Source: Trichoplax sp. H2 (taxonomy: Eukaryota). From it: a stretch of 58,060 nt of DNA. Of the stretch, positions 1 through 12,600 are shown piece by piece. The stretch lies in contig NOWV01000156.1 in assembly GCA_003344405.1 (NCBI GenBank), forward strand, positions 124,001 to 182,060, written 5' to 3'. How positions within the stretch are numbered: position 1 is the stretch's first letter; each line of letters begins with the position of its first letter. The translations under genes and the position numbers were made by a program. Under the pieces are notes generated by a model. That model searched no databases and was not told the origin of the DNA. It was given only the letters and a program-made list of their open reading frames with translations.

Positions 1-526
1 CAATATCCTATGTATCTACTATTCATGGATATTATTGAAATCGATTCTATTGTGGCCTTTTAAGTAAATAAATACAAGCAAAATAATGAATAGAGAGAGT
101 AGAGTAAAAGAATTACAAATGAGATCAAAGAAGGGAATAATCAAGTTTCTATCTTTTGAGATATTGGATAGACTGTTGATTGAGAGTAGATTCAAGGTGG
201 TCATACTTTGATCCAAGGGAAATGGGTTGCCATGCGCTAATGTAGACTACTGTAGGTTGTATTCGATCTATTCGTTTTAGACTTATCCTTGGCCTCGACC
301 AAAGTGTCTTCAATGGGATATAGAGTAGTAAAAGGAAATGGATTGGACTTGTAGCAGGGTGTTGATTTTCACTTGAAAGTTACTGTCAAGGTTGATTTAG
401 GAATCTTCCATGTTTGTTATTTGTTCAAGCTGATTTCGCAATTTGCCATAGTGGAAATATTGGAGGATAGGAGAATATTCATTCTTATCAAGATCCTCGA
501 CCAAACATGATGTGGATCGCAACGAC

Positions 527-1400
527 GACAGTATTGGGAAAAGTAGTCCATCATGTCCATGATAATAATACTACTAAATGTAGACATTTGTTTGATATCA
601 ACATCGCCTAGGGTTACTTGATAGGGAATCTACAGTAAGTCGTTGGAGGATAGGGAAAGATTCATTTTTGTCCACATCTTGGACCAAATAGGATGGAGAC
701 AGTATTGGGAAAAGTAGTCCATCATGTCCATGACAAAAATACTACTAAATGTAGACATTTGTTTGATATCAACATCGCCTAGGATTACTTGATAGGGAAT
801 GTACTTTTTTAGATACAGCAAAGCCGATGTATCTACAGTAAGTCGTTGGAGGATAGGGAAAGATCCATTTTTGACATTTGTTTGATATCAACATCGCCTA
901 GGGTTACTCGATAGGGAATGTACTTTTTTAGATACAGCAAAGCCGATGTATCTACAGTAAGTCGTTGGAGGATAGGGAAAGATCCATTTTTGACATTTGT
1001 TTGATATCAACATCGCCTAGGGTTACTCGATAGGGAATGTACTTTTTTAGATACAGCAAAGCCGATGTATCTACAGTAAGTCGTTGGAGGATAGGGAAAG
1101 ATCCATTTTTGTCCACATCTTGGACCAAATAGGATAGAGACAGTATTGGGAAAAGTGGTCCATCATATCCATGACAAAAATACTACTAAATGTAGACATT
1201 AGTTTGATATCAACATCGCCTAGGGTTACTTGATAGGGAATCTACTTTTTTAGATACAGCAAAGCCGATGTATCTACAGTAAGTTGTTGGAGGATAGGGA
1301 AAGATCCATTTTTGTCAACATCTTGGACCAAATAGGATAGAGACAGTATTGGGAAAAGTAGTCCATCATGTCCATGACAACAATACTAAATGCAGACATT
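527..1400. repeat. Tandem minisatellite (~200-bp unit plus ~119-bp truncated units) in TBC1D9 intron 3
   Basis: GACAGTATTGGGAAAAGT(A/G)GTCCATCAT... recurs at ~527, 697, 1138 and 1341. The sub-unit GACATTTGTTTGATATCAACATCGCCTAGG...GGAGGATAGGGAAAGATCC recurs additionally at ~873 and 992. Confidence 0.95.
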
Positions 1401-3063
1401 CGTCTAATATATCCATAACATCAGGTTTCCTAGCCGATGCTTTGAGGATAGGAGAGTATCCATTGCTGTCAAGATTAGAGACCAAACATGATGTGGATAG
1501 CAAGGACTAGCGGCAAAAAAGAGTGCATGCAATTTATGACAACAAGGTTGCATGCCAGCAGGCTAATCGATGAAAAAGGAAAATGGCGAAGAACAACATG
1601 AATGCAAGTCGTCGTTGTCTTGCGTATGGACATATTCCACTGGACAATATGTTCGCCCAGCCTTTTGAACTTGGAAGCAGACAATTTTAATCAAGTGATT
1701 GTCTGCTATTCATGGATTATAGCAGAAATGCAATACTTGCCAATGTCAATAGTAAGGTAGCCGAGTAGAAGACATAGTACTTCCATTGCGATCTGACAAT
1801 GGTCCTTTCTCAGGAGTATTGGTTGCTACCATGCTTGGATAATATGATCTTGTCCATGGCCGATATGGATCTATTGCACTTTGATATTGATTTCCTCCGT
1901 ATTCAATGGAGTAATTAGTGGATATTATTGACAGTTTGCTATCGTGGGAAAATGGACAACATGCATGTTGGATGTTGGCTAGAATAGTTCATCCATGCTA
2001 GGGATGTAAACTATCATTTTCTGATTGACAATCCAGTGTTGATAGCCATCTATTTAGGAACATTATTGCTGACGCTTTACATTGAATTCAATGTAAATGG
2101 CAGTGGGTAATCAAGGGGTGCAAGATTTTACTTGGCACGTTTTCCTCAATCTTGTGCACCCCTTGGTGAAGGAAAGAGAACGATTTCATTGATCGCAGTA
2201 TGCGCTTGCTATGTTATCGTCTATGTTCTAAACATACAGCGAGAACTTGTAGCCATCGTACCATATCCTATTTTGTTTGGTCTATTTTTTTCCATGTTGT
2301 CAAAGTAAAATGAGGATTTGTAGTCATTCTAACCAGTCGCCATTTACTACGTTATCCTTGCTGTTGTGCATTCTTTGATACTAGGGATTACTGGCTCCCC
2401 CTCCCAAAGAAAAAATGGGCGCAAAATAAGCGAGTAATCAAAAGGAAAGTGAGGACTTGTAGTCATTACAACATGTAGAGAATTTGTTCAGCATGCTACC
2501 CTTGCTTAGTCCTCATTTTGCTAGTCTATTTTCTACCGTATTTTTGGAATCCTTTTGTAAGAGTAAAATGACACTGGATCTCATCCATCGCCATAGGTAT
2601 TTTTGCTGAGTGTGCTATCCTTGCGCACCCATTCATGAATCGATCGTTGAACGATTGATTAATCATTGATTGCAGTTCTAGCTCTACACCACTTATTAAT
2701 CATCCACATTGGCAAGAAGATTATAATTTAGACTTGGTTTGGATCCAATACAACGCTATGGTAGTTTGAATGGGTTAAAATGAAAAAAAGAAAGAAAAGA
2801 GTTGTAATCCATGAAGCATGGATCAATATGGTCTATGTGGAAAGGTTGTCTTCAGCTTGTTATCCTTGTAGGCAGCGGGAATCTTGTTATAGTACAGTAG
2901 TCATGGTTTAGGTTGTTGTTGAATAACCGTTGGGTAGTAGTGGACATGTTTTAAATAATAAACAGGCAAATAGAGGGATACAAAAGATGGAAGTAGATGA
3001 GAGATGAACTCAAGCGTATTCCTCCCCCGTTGAAAAACAAAATTAAGCTCCAAATCGACTTAC

Positions 3064-4335
3064 CATAGCTAATTTCCGTGTTGGTTGTTTGAGATAAAAT
3101 TCGGTAAGGCGCCGGCTAATCCATTGGGCAGAAGGAGAAAAGAATCCATTAGGATTAATGAAAAGATAAACAAATGGATAACGGATCTTGCTGTACTGTA
3201 TGCTAAGAGTCATGGGGAGGATAGCAGTTGTAAACTAAAATTGATTACAATTGATGTTGGCCGATAGAGTACAACAACATTGTGGGCCTTAAATTGTCCA
3301 CCCATAAACAGATACAAGTACCCATCTTGACTAGGCTGCCATCGTGGTTGGAAAGTGGAAAAAAGGTGGAAAATGAATTTGTTTGCTGCATGTTTTCATG
3401 AGGCAGTCTGTAGTAGACTAGTCACGATTGACAACTGGACGATAGGGTTAGCCATGATATCCGCATATCATCCAAGAATGTCAACATGGGCAAGATGATT
3501 TGTGATGAGAATGGATGCTTGCAAGATTGATGTATTTGACTGTAGTAGACTGATAAATTTTCCAATGGATACCTTGCATCAGGCCATCGGCCCGATCGAG
3601 GATAAACTAAGGAAGGAAGGATTGCATCCTTGGGTTGAGATCGTTGATTGCAAGTATGCTGTAAAGTATGCATAATTAGGGCTGTAACTAAAGTTGATGA
3701 TGATGGAAATGGAGCATTTTCCATGTACTTTGCGATGTAAGTGGCTGTTGTGTTGATGATGCCTAGCAATGTTGATGTACGACTACTGTATCCTGCCTGG
3801 CTACAAGAGTTGTATAAAGTGATGGAAAAGATTTACCTTTGAATCAAGGACATTATCGATGGTTCCAATAAAGAGCGATGCCAATCCAGTTGAGCCATGT
3901 CCACGCCGGCGTTGTAAGGTAAAAAAGTGATTGGAACGTTCATTCACCCTAGCGAGGAAGAGAGAGAGAAAGAAAGACCATCAATGCAAGAAGGAAATGA
4001 TAGAAAGACCATCCATGCAAGAAGGAAATGACTGGGCGCAATCATGACTATCCTAGCTACAATCTTGTACAATGATGATTTCATCATGGTGGATCATCAT
4101 GGTTGTCGTGACGTCAAGGCAATGAAGAAGAGATCAATTGGCCATCATGACATGTCTACTTACTTTAGGATGGAGACCTTGGCCCCCCCAAAAAAATATG
4201 CTAGACCAGATGGGACAAATATCAATATTGTCACCACTGATGGTGGCAGAAAAGGCAACAACAACAACATGCCATCTTGGCATCTACCTACCATAATGCA
4301 TTGGTTAATAACACTTCATCTGGTTTGATCCACAT
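3064..4335 (-). CDS. TBC1D9: TBC1 domain family member 8/9 (Rab-GAP) ortholog, first three coding exons; gene probably continues past the left edge
   Basis: Exons 4335-4292, 3948-3837 and 3115-3064 have GT-AG ends and compatible phases. They splice to [63 protein letters not shown], matching the TBC1D8/9 N-terminus ([32 protein letters not shown]...GLAGLLVGTLDVVLDS...APYRILYQT). Not in the ORF track. I could not find exon 4 in 1-3063. Confidence 0.9.
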
Positions 4336-4469
4336 AGCGGCGCCGGCCGATCGTGATGCAAGAGGTGGAGAAAGCTGCAATGCCAACGATAACACACAAA
4401 GTGCAATACACTACAAGCAAATTGGAGAAGAAAACATGGACAAGCTAGCAACAGCAATAGCAGCAGGTT

Positions 4470-5520
4470 GGTTTCCAGTCCAACTTGCTAACAAGGATGG
4501 GCAATGACTGAATGGGGCCAATTGGCCGACGGACTTTCTCCACCTGTCGACTGTAGACTGTCGATTGTAGACTGTAGACTGTACAGTACTGTAGACTGTC
4601 GATTGTAGACTGTCGACTGTAGACTGTAGGCTGAAGACTGACGACTGTAGACTGTAGACTGTAGACTGTCGACTGTCGACTGTACTGTAGACTGTAGACA
4701 GTAGACTGTAGACTGACGACTGTAGACTGTAGACTGTAGACTGACGACTGTAGACTGACGACTGTAGACTGTAGACTGAAGACTGAAGACTGTAGACTGT
4801 AGACCGAAGAGTTTCTTGGTTTCCAGTCCAACAACTTGCTAGCAAGATGGGCAATGACTGAATGGGGCCAATTGGCCGACGGACTTTCTCCACCTGTCGA
4901 CTGTAGACTGTCGATTGTAGACTGTAGACTGTACAGTACTGTAGACTGTAGACTGTAGACTGTAGACTGTAGACTGAAGACTGATGACTGTAGACTGTAG
5001 ACTGAAGACTGTAGACTGTAGACTGAAGACTGAAGACTGTAGACTGTAGACTGAAGAGTTTCTTGGTTTCCAGTCCAACAACTTGCTAGCAAGATGGGCA
5101 ATGACTGAATGGGGCCAATTGGCCGACGGACTTTCTCCACCTGTCGACTGTAGACTGTCGATTGTAGACTGTAGACTGTAGACTGTAGACTGTCGATTGT
5201 AGACTGTAGACTGTAGACTGTAGACTGTAGACTGTCGACTGAAGAGTTTCTTGGTTTCCAGTCCAACTTGCTAGCAAGATGGACTGGACAATTGGCCGAC
5301 GGACTTTCTCCGACTGTAGACTGTAGGCTGTAGACTGAAGACTGTCGACTGAAGAGTTTCTTGGTTTCCAGTCCAACTTGCTAGCAAGATGGGGCCAATT
5401 GGGCCGACGGACTTTCTCCGACTGTCGACTGTACTGTACTGTACGTACTGTAGACTGTCGATTGTAGACTGTAGACTGTACATTGTAGACTGTTGACTGT
5501 ACTGTAGACTGTAAACTGAA
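4470..5520. repeat. Composite satellite: (ACTGTAG)n arrays alternating with a ~70-95-bp conserved unit (5 copies)
   Basis: Heptamer ACTGTAG (variants ACTGAAG, ACTGTCG, ACTGACG, ATTGTAG) forms arrays of variable length. The arrays are separated by GAAGAGTTTCTTGGTTTCCAGTCCAAC..CTTGCTAGCAAGATGG...GGCCAATTGGCCGACGGACTTTCTCC at ~4470, 4806, 5053, 5241 and 5351. Degenerate GTAC/CTGTA-rich sequence continues to ~6390. Confidence 0.97.
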
Positions 5521-6124
5521 GAAGACTAGAGACCTCTCGATGAAGCTAAGTTAGCTAACCATGTCATACAGTATCGTGTTGAGTGGAGTACAGTACTGTA
5601 CTGTACTGTACACGTCACATTACTGTACATTGTACACTGTCCGTTGTACTGTAGACTGTTGGCAATTAGCCTACAGTACACTGTACTGTACACGTGTACT
5701 TTCTCCGACTGTAGACTGTAGACTGAAGACTATAGTACTGTAGAGACTCTCTATGACCATGTCGTATCGTGTTGAGTGGAGCTCGTCACATCATTGATAC
5801 ACAGTACTGTACTGTACAGTAAAGTCTACTGTACTCACTGTAGATGGTACACCAATAGTGTAGCAGTGTACAGTACAGTACTGTACCCTACAGTACGCAC
5901 AATCGCACATTATGCATTGGGCGAGACTTGTATCGTAAGCGTACTGTACGGATTGTACTGTAGTGGGTGGTGACGGAAAGGAATGTACAGTACATGTAAG
6001 TTGATACGTTGAAATAGCCAACAGAACGAATTTTCGATTTCATTATTTAAGAAAGTATTATTTTAGCCAATAAAAGATGATTTTATGTTTTTGGGTAACT
6101 ATATCCCACAGTATGGACTGTATG

Positions 6125-6504
6125 GTAAGTCTATCAGCTCCTTTCTCCACTTGGATCCTGTCTACACACTACAGTCACAAGTACTGGATGAGAAGTGGGG
6201 ACTACCCCCAGGATGGATTGACCCTTCCTGCAGTCTACAGTGTACAGTACTGTATTCGTCTCCAAGTCCCTGACTGTAACCTGTACACTGTACGCTCCAC
6301 ACAGTCAGAGACGATGGATGGACAGATCCAATCTGACCAGTACAGTGTACAGTGTACAGTACGCCATTCACAAGTACGGGTGTACTGTACAACCGCAATC
6401 CCCCCTCCCCAACCGCTACTTCCTTGATGTCAGCCAAGCCTTTTACTATAACATCGTCAGCCATGTTTGCTACCCTTGATGACATTTGCAGCCTATTTGC
6501 CTAG
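6125..6504 (+). other. Probable 5'UTR intron of the MINDY gene
   Basis: Strong donor ATG|GTAAGT at 6125 and acceptor TTTGCCTAG|G at 6504, upstream of the ATG at 6644. No transcript evidence. Confidence 0.45.
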
Positions 6505-6643
6505 GTGGAAAAGGAGACAATCAATCCATTGGTGTCTCCCACTCTTAAGCCATTAACTTTGATGGGATAGAATGCAATCCAATTGACCAAATTGATTGGA
6601 AATCATCTTCTATCCATCCTATTGGTGATTATCAAGGCCCAAC

Positions 6644-9600
6644 ATGATGGAAGAGAGTGCACACTGTCATCGCCGTGATCCACTACAAAATGCTACCGCC
6701 AATGATGATCAAACTGCCAGACCAAAACAACTGGAGAACGATCAGCAGCAAGATGAAGAGAGGCAAATAGCCCATGTCGACGTACAACAGACGAATTTAC
6801 TGGATAACCAAGAGAAGGATGCTATCCAATCGTCTATAGACACCCATCAAGTCAGTCATGATATTAGCAAGCTCAGTGGACAACAAGATGATGATGAAGA
6901 TGGAGACGATGCAATCATGCTCGATATGGCCATGGATCAAGCCATCGATGAAGCTTTCAACATCACCTATCCTGATCTATCCCATCAACAGCAGGATCAG
7001 ACACCCATGGATTCCACAACGACAACTCAAGCAAAAGAATACACTCCTAGCGATATCAGTCATCAAGCCCAATGTCGTGATGATGAAAATGTTACCATGA
7101 CTGTAGTTAAAAATGAAGAAACAATCTATCAGCCATGTCCAAGCGATCCCAACCATCAAACTCTTCAAGACAACGATGAAGAAAACAATCAGCCATGTCC
7201 TAGCGATCCCAACCATCAAACTCTTCAAGCCAACGATGAAGAAAACAATCAGCCATGTCCTAGCGATCCCAACCATCAAACTCTTCAAGCCAACGATGAA
7301 GAAAACAATCAGCCATGTCCTAGCGATCCCAACCATCAAACTCTTCAAGCCAACGATGAAGAAAACAATCAGCCATGTCCTAGCAATCCCAACGATCAAA
7401 CTCTTCAAGCCAACAATGAAGAAAACAATCAGCCATGTCCTAGCGATCCCAACGATCAAACTCTTCAAGACAAGGATGAAGAAAACAATCAGCCATGTCC
7501 TAGCGATTCCAACGATCAAACTCTTCAAGACAAGGATGAAGAAAACAATCAGCCATGTCCTAGCGATTCCAACGATCAAACTCTTCAAGACAAGGATGAA
7601 GAAAATAATCAGTCATGTCCTAACGATTCCAACGATCAAACTCTTCCAGACAAGGATGAAGAAAACAATCAGCCATGTTCTAGCGATTCCAACGATCAAA
7701 CTCTTCAAGACAAGGATGAAGAAAACAATCAGCCATGTCCTAGCGATCCCAACGATCAAACTCTGCAAGCCAACGATGAAGAAAATCAACCTTCACCCAT
7801 GGATCCAATGGTAGCTACCAATTTCTATCTAATTAAATGGATCCAATGGAAAGAGACGTCAACACCTATAGTCACACAAAATATTAATGGACCTTGTCCT
7901 CTTATTGCTATTATCAATATTTTATTATTAACGCGAAAAATTACTTTCTCTGCTGAACGAGAGTATATTACCAGTGAAGAATTGATGGAAAATTTGGTAA
8001 ATACATTACTCACACTACGACCAAAGGTAAAAATCATGTCATTTCTTCATTTTTTCCCGCTCGCTCTTCTCTCTTGCTTTCATCTACTGTATAATATACA
8101 AAATCCTCCTCCATTATTTGTTTCCAACGTCATGATATGAAAGGAGATTCCACAGCAGGAGATAGAATCCAACACTACATTACAATAGAAATAGACAAAA
8201 AAAATCAACTTTGACTATTTTTGGAAAGGAAAGACAACAATATACAGTACAAACTAATACCATGGGCTGATGGATCGATGATATCCAAATAGAGCGTACA
8301 ATCAATCGTTCAAAATCATCTTTTTACCAACTCGATCTCACCCATCTTCTACAGTACTGTAGTTTGATTAGCTTGACTAGACTGTCAATCAGCAAGATGA
8401 TGTACTTTGTAAGGATTAACACCTAGATACCAACCAATTGAGATATTGGATACTATAGTATCGAACAGGACTAGATGGATTCCCTCAATCTTTCTATTAG
8501 TTCAAGTTATAAAATTGTTGGATTGGACCGTCAATCTACAATATACTAGTAGAAGGAGCCAAGTACAGTAGTATCATATCGTTCCATTGCGTTGCTAATG
8601 AACGACATGATATCAATTCGGATGAGAAATAACAATCAACCACAGGCCGAAAATGTGGCAGTCTGAAAAAGGATAATTGATTCTATCCATCTCTAGGCTT
8701 CCTACCCATTGTTCTACTTAAGGTAAAAGCGTTTAGCTAAATCATCAATCACCAGCATGATAGTACAAGGATTAGCAACTACTGTAGATACTAGACAATG
8801 GATCTTGCCTGGTGTCAAAAGGATATTTAATCAATTCCTGCTATCCTTGCAGTCGTAGTCGTGTCATAACACCGTTTGATTGAATTGTAAGCTAAAATGA
8901 CAATATCGAATTCAGCTCGGAATTAGCTCCCAGCTACAAGCCGATTATGATATTGGATAGAATAGTATTGAAAAGGATAATCACAGTATGAAATAATGTA
9001 AGGGTAAGGACTAATTGATTCCTTGAATTTTATAGCAATCATGTTAGAGGTGATGGAATTCGACTTGACTGTAAATCAACCATGTATTGCTGCTACAAAG
9101 GTTGTTAGGCAGGCACTGCAGACAGTAATAACGAATACCGGATGTGATCGTCTGAAATGGATTCCTCCAATCTAATAACTATCATGTTTGACATAAAAGA
9201 GTTAAACCTGACTGACTGTAAATCAACTGCAGATTAGGACAGAGATTAAAACTATAGACTCTAGACAGCAGCAATTCATCGATGTTGAATGCAAGAATAA
9301 TGTTATGTCCATTCTTTCCATCATATGGCTATCATATTACACTGAACTTCATCGTCATGCAACAGTATGATGGTGCAAGAGTGCTACAACTAGGCACAAT
9401 TGGTGTTTCGCATATTGAAATAAATAAGTTAGTCTATATCATGTTGAGATTCATATTCTGTAGCAGGGATGATGGCATCAAATATAATGTTTCACTTGCC
9501 ATGTGCTATCGCTAAACCCTTGATTTCCTTAGGATTATCGAAATTATTGTATCAAAGAGCTTTAACCCAAAACTAGGTTAAAATGTTTATCAGAAACAAT

Positions 9601-12600
9601 TCGTGCAAACAATATTTTCTAGACTGGATAGTTAATATTCGTATAGTAGATACGATGGTATGGTATAGTATGGAAAAGAAGAAACCAGCTTTTCCATCTT
9701 TGTAGTCGTAATCATATTACGACACTGCTTATTTTTCAATGTAATATCAGTCAACACAAGAATGAATATTTAGACACAAACCAATGATGATCTATTATCG
9801 AGACACTGCATAGTTAACATACTCGTATAATGGATGCGATAGTATGAAAAAAGAAGAATCGTTCTTTTCCATCTTTGTAGTCGTAATCATGTTACGACAT
9901 TACTTATTTTTCCATGAAATATAAATCATCACAAGAATGAATATTCACAGACACAAATCAATTATCATCTGTTATTCTAGACTGGATAGTTAATACTATA
10001 TATACTGGTACAGTGGATACGATAGTATGGAAAAAGAAAAATCGATCCTTTCCTTGCTTTCTAGTCGTAATCATGTTACGATACTGTTTCTTTTTCGATA
10101 TGATATCAATCAACACAAGAATTAATATTAATTATGATCTGTTATTCTACACTAGATAGTTAACATACTTGTATAGCGGATACGACGGTATGGAAAAGGA
10201 TAATCGATCCTTTCTATCTTTGTACTCATAATCATGTTACAACACTACTTCATGATTTGACGATGTAATATAACATCAGTACAGTACAACGATTAATATT
10301 CAGACACAAACTAATTAGGATGCGGTTATCTTTGGCTTATGAACTCATATTAGCTCATTCAATCGAGATACGAATTCAAGATTGTTGATCTCATAATGCA
10401 AAAATGAATGATTTATATCCAAATGCTTTATTTTATAGGCATTCGAAAACAGCCTTGATTACGATCAAAATGTCAACGATGCTATCTCATCACTTAGTGT
10501 ATTAGAAACTGGTGTCGATATTAACGTCAAATTTGGAGGGTAAGTCATTCAAGACAGAGAAATTTTCAATAAGCTACATGAAAGTTTATAAACCAATATT
10601 TTGAAATCGGTATATTTTAAATGTAGTAATAATTCAATTTATTTTACCCTAATCATTTCGCCTCCATTAGAAATATCTACTCATCTCAATCGATAATCAT
10701 ATCGGAGATTAGATTCTTAAACTTTCAGAATCCATTTCTGTCGCAAAGGATCACTTCAACTCATTGAGCTATTCTTTACGATAAAATTGATGTAATGGAC
10801 CATCTCAGTCTATATAAGTACTAGTGTTGCCTAACTAATTCTTCGACTAGCTAACAGGTCATCTTGTAAAATAGATTTTAGTTCATTTAGTATTTCTATC
10901 AGCATCGAACGCGTTATCAAGTCTACGAATCCCAAAATATTTACAGCAGAAGTAGTGACCAGCAAGTAGGCGACGCAAAAAATGATCAGGATAATTTATT
11001 GTCAGCAATTTACTATTCTAATTTCCTGTCTTAAAGCCGACACTATTGTAATTTATTGTATGATTAGTCTATCCGCTATCTTTCAAAATAGCATATCACA
11101 TTATAGAGCACTTGGAAAACTGTATCGATTAGTACACAAATATTCCAATAATCAACTAAATATCAATCGTACTTTTTCGGCCCTATGTATCCGTCCTAAT
11201 TAATGCGATGAAAAAACAACTGATTGCCACTGAGATAGCAATAGTGAAGAAATTCTGAGTTAACTTACTAGTCTCCTAAAATAAGCTACACTAGAAAACG
11301 ATTGTAGCTACAATATAGTTCTCCGATGAAATATAAAACTAACACTGATACAAATCCATCGAATGGAATAATTAATTAGTAGTATTTTGTTGCATTAAAA
11401 TTATACTACGGTATAAAAAACCTACACTACACCTAATATACTTGTAAGTAATAAATCATGATATCCAAAAAGAGAAATAAACTAACACATAAAAGTCAAA
11501 ACGTTTCAGTAGTCCTTGCAAATAGATTACATTTATCATCAACAACTTCATTTTCCAATTCATACCATTACCATGTGATAGTTTCAATAGAAATTGCTTG
11601 ACGTAGAAATAGTTGATAGCAAAAAATACTACAGTATATTAAAGTAATTGTTCTACTTTGTAATTTATTATATTAAATACTAGCATAAAATCTTCATGGT
11701 AATACATGTAGTCTTAACATAACTAACGTCGCACTTTTATCCTGTAGTATCAATCAGTTTGAATGGACGTGCAATTTGATCGTTTTTGACTTACTTGATA
11801 TCAACCTTTATCATGGATGGCTAGTCGATCCACAGAATCAGGAAGAAAAATCTATTATCGGAAATCGTAGCTATAACGAGCTAGTCGAAATGATTATATC
11901 TTCAAAGTCTAGCAATGATAGTAGCCGAATAACGGAAGGTATCTAAATTTAGAATTGGTGCTGACCCACATTATCGGCGGATACAATTGAATGCGTCCAT
12001 CAACTTGCTTCAGTTTTACACTCTAAGCTATTTTACTTTAATAAATTTTAGGTTTAATTGCGGAACAATTCCTCAACAGCACTGCCTCTCAATTGACTTA
12101 TCATGGTCTCTATACGTTATACGAAGAATTAAAACCTGAACAGTTGTGTGTATTATTCCGAAATAATCATTACAGTACTCTATATAAGCATAAGGTAAAA
12201 TTATCACGTATTCTAAATTCTGAAAACAACTGATATATCTTTGCGATATCCTATCAAATAACTTCATTTGACTATCATTATCCAACAATGACATTATTTT
12301 ATTACGTATATGCTACGTCCTTAGGATGAATTATTCATTCTCGTTACTGATATTGGCTATTCCACCGAAAAAGAAATTGTTTGGGAAACACTATCCAATA
12401 TAGAAGGAGATTCATCACTTGTCAATCACGAATTTAAAACTGTTAGCTCTCAGGGTCGAACGGAAAACTTTGATGTAAACCAGGCAGCACCAGTAGATGA
12501 ACAACGGCTCATAGAGTCAGATATAAATAATGGATCAACAAATTTATCTATCCAGTATGATCCGAATAATGATCGAGTATCACAAGAGAAGTTAGAGTAA

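Noticed and set aside
4411-5483. ORFs rich in STVYSLQ (up to 273 aa)
   Set aside because: They are translations of the stop-free strand of (CTACAGT)n and are open in all three frames.
4549-5500. Telomeric repeat
   Set aside because: ACTGTAG does not resemble the metazoan TTAGGG, and the arrays are interstitial between intact genes.
4470-5520. CRISPR array (constant repeat with variable spacers)
   Set aside because: The spacers are heptamer microsatellite rather than unique sequence, the repeats are too long, there are no cas genes, and the context is eukaryotic.
6162-6485. Minus-strand ORF beginning MADDVIVKGLADIKE
   Set aside because: The start context is plausible, but I recognise no homology, the remainder is satellite-derived, and it lies in the probable MINDY 5'UTR intron.
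6977-7814. Alternative-frame and antisense ORFs of 233 and 203 aa over the 60-bp repeat
   Set aside because: Shadows of the coding VNTR; only the 6644 frame runs into the MINDY catalytic domain.
8027-8140. Hydrophobic C-terminal tail of the 498-aa ORF
   Set aside because: Read-through into intron 1 past the donor AAG|GTAAAA at 8027; the true frame continues at 10439.
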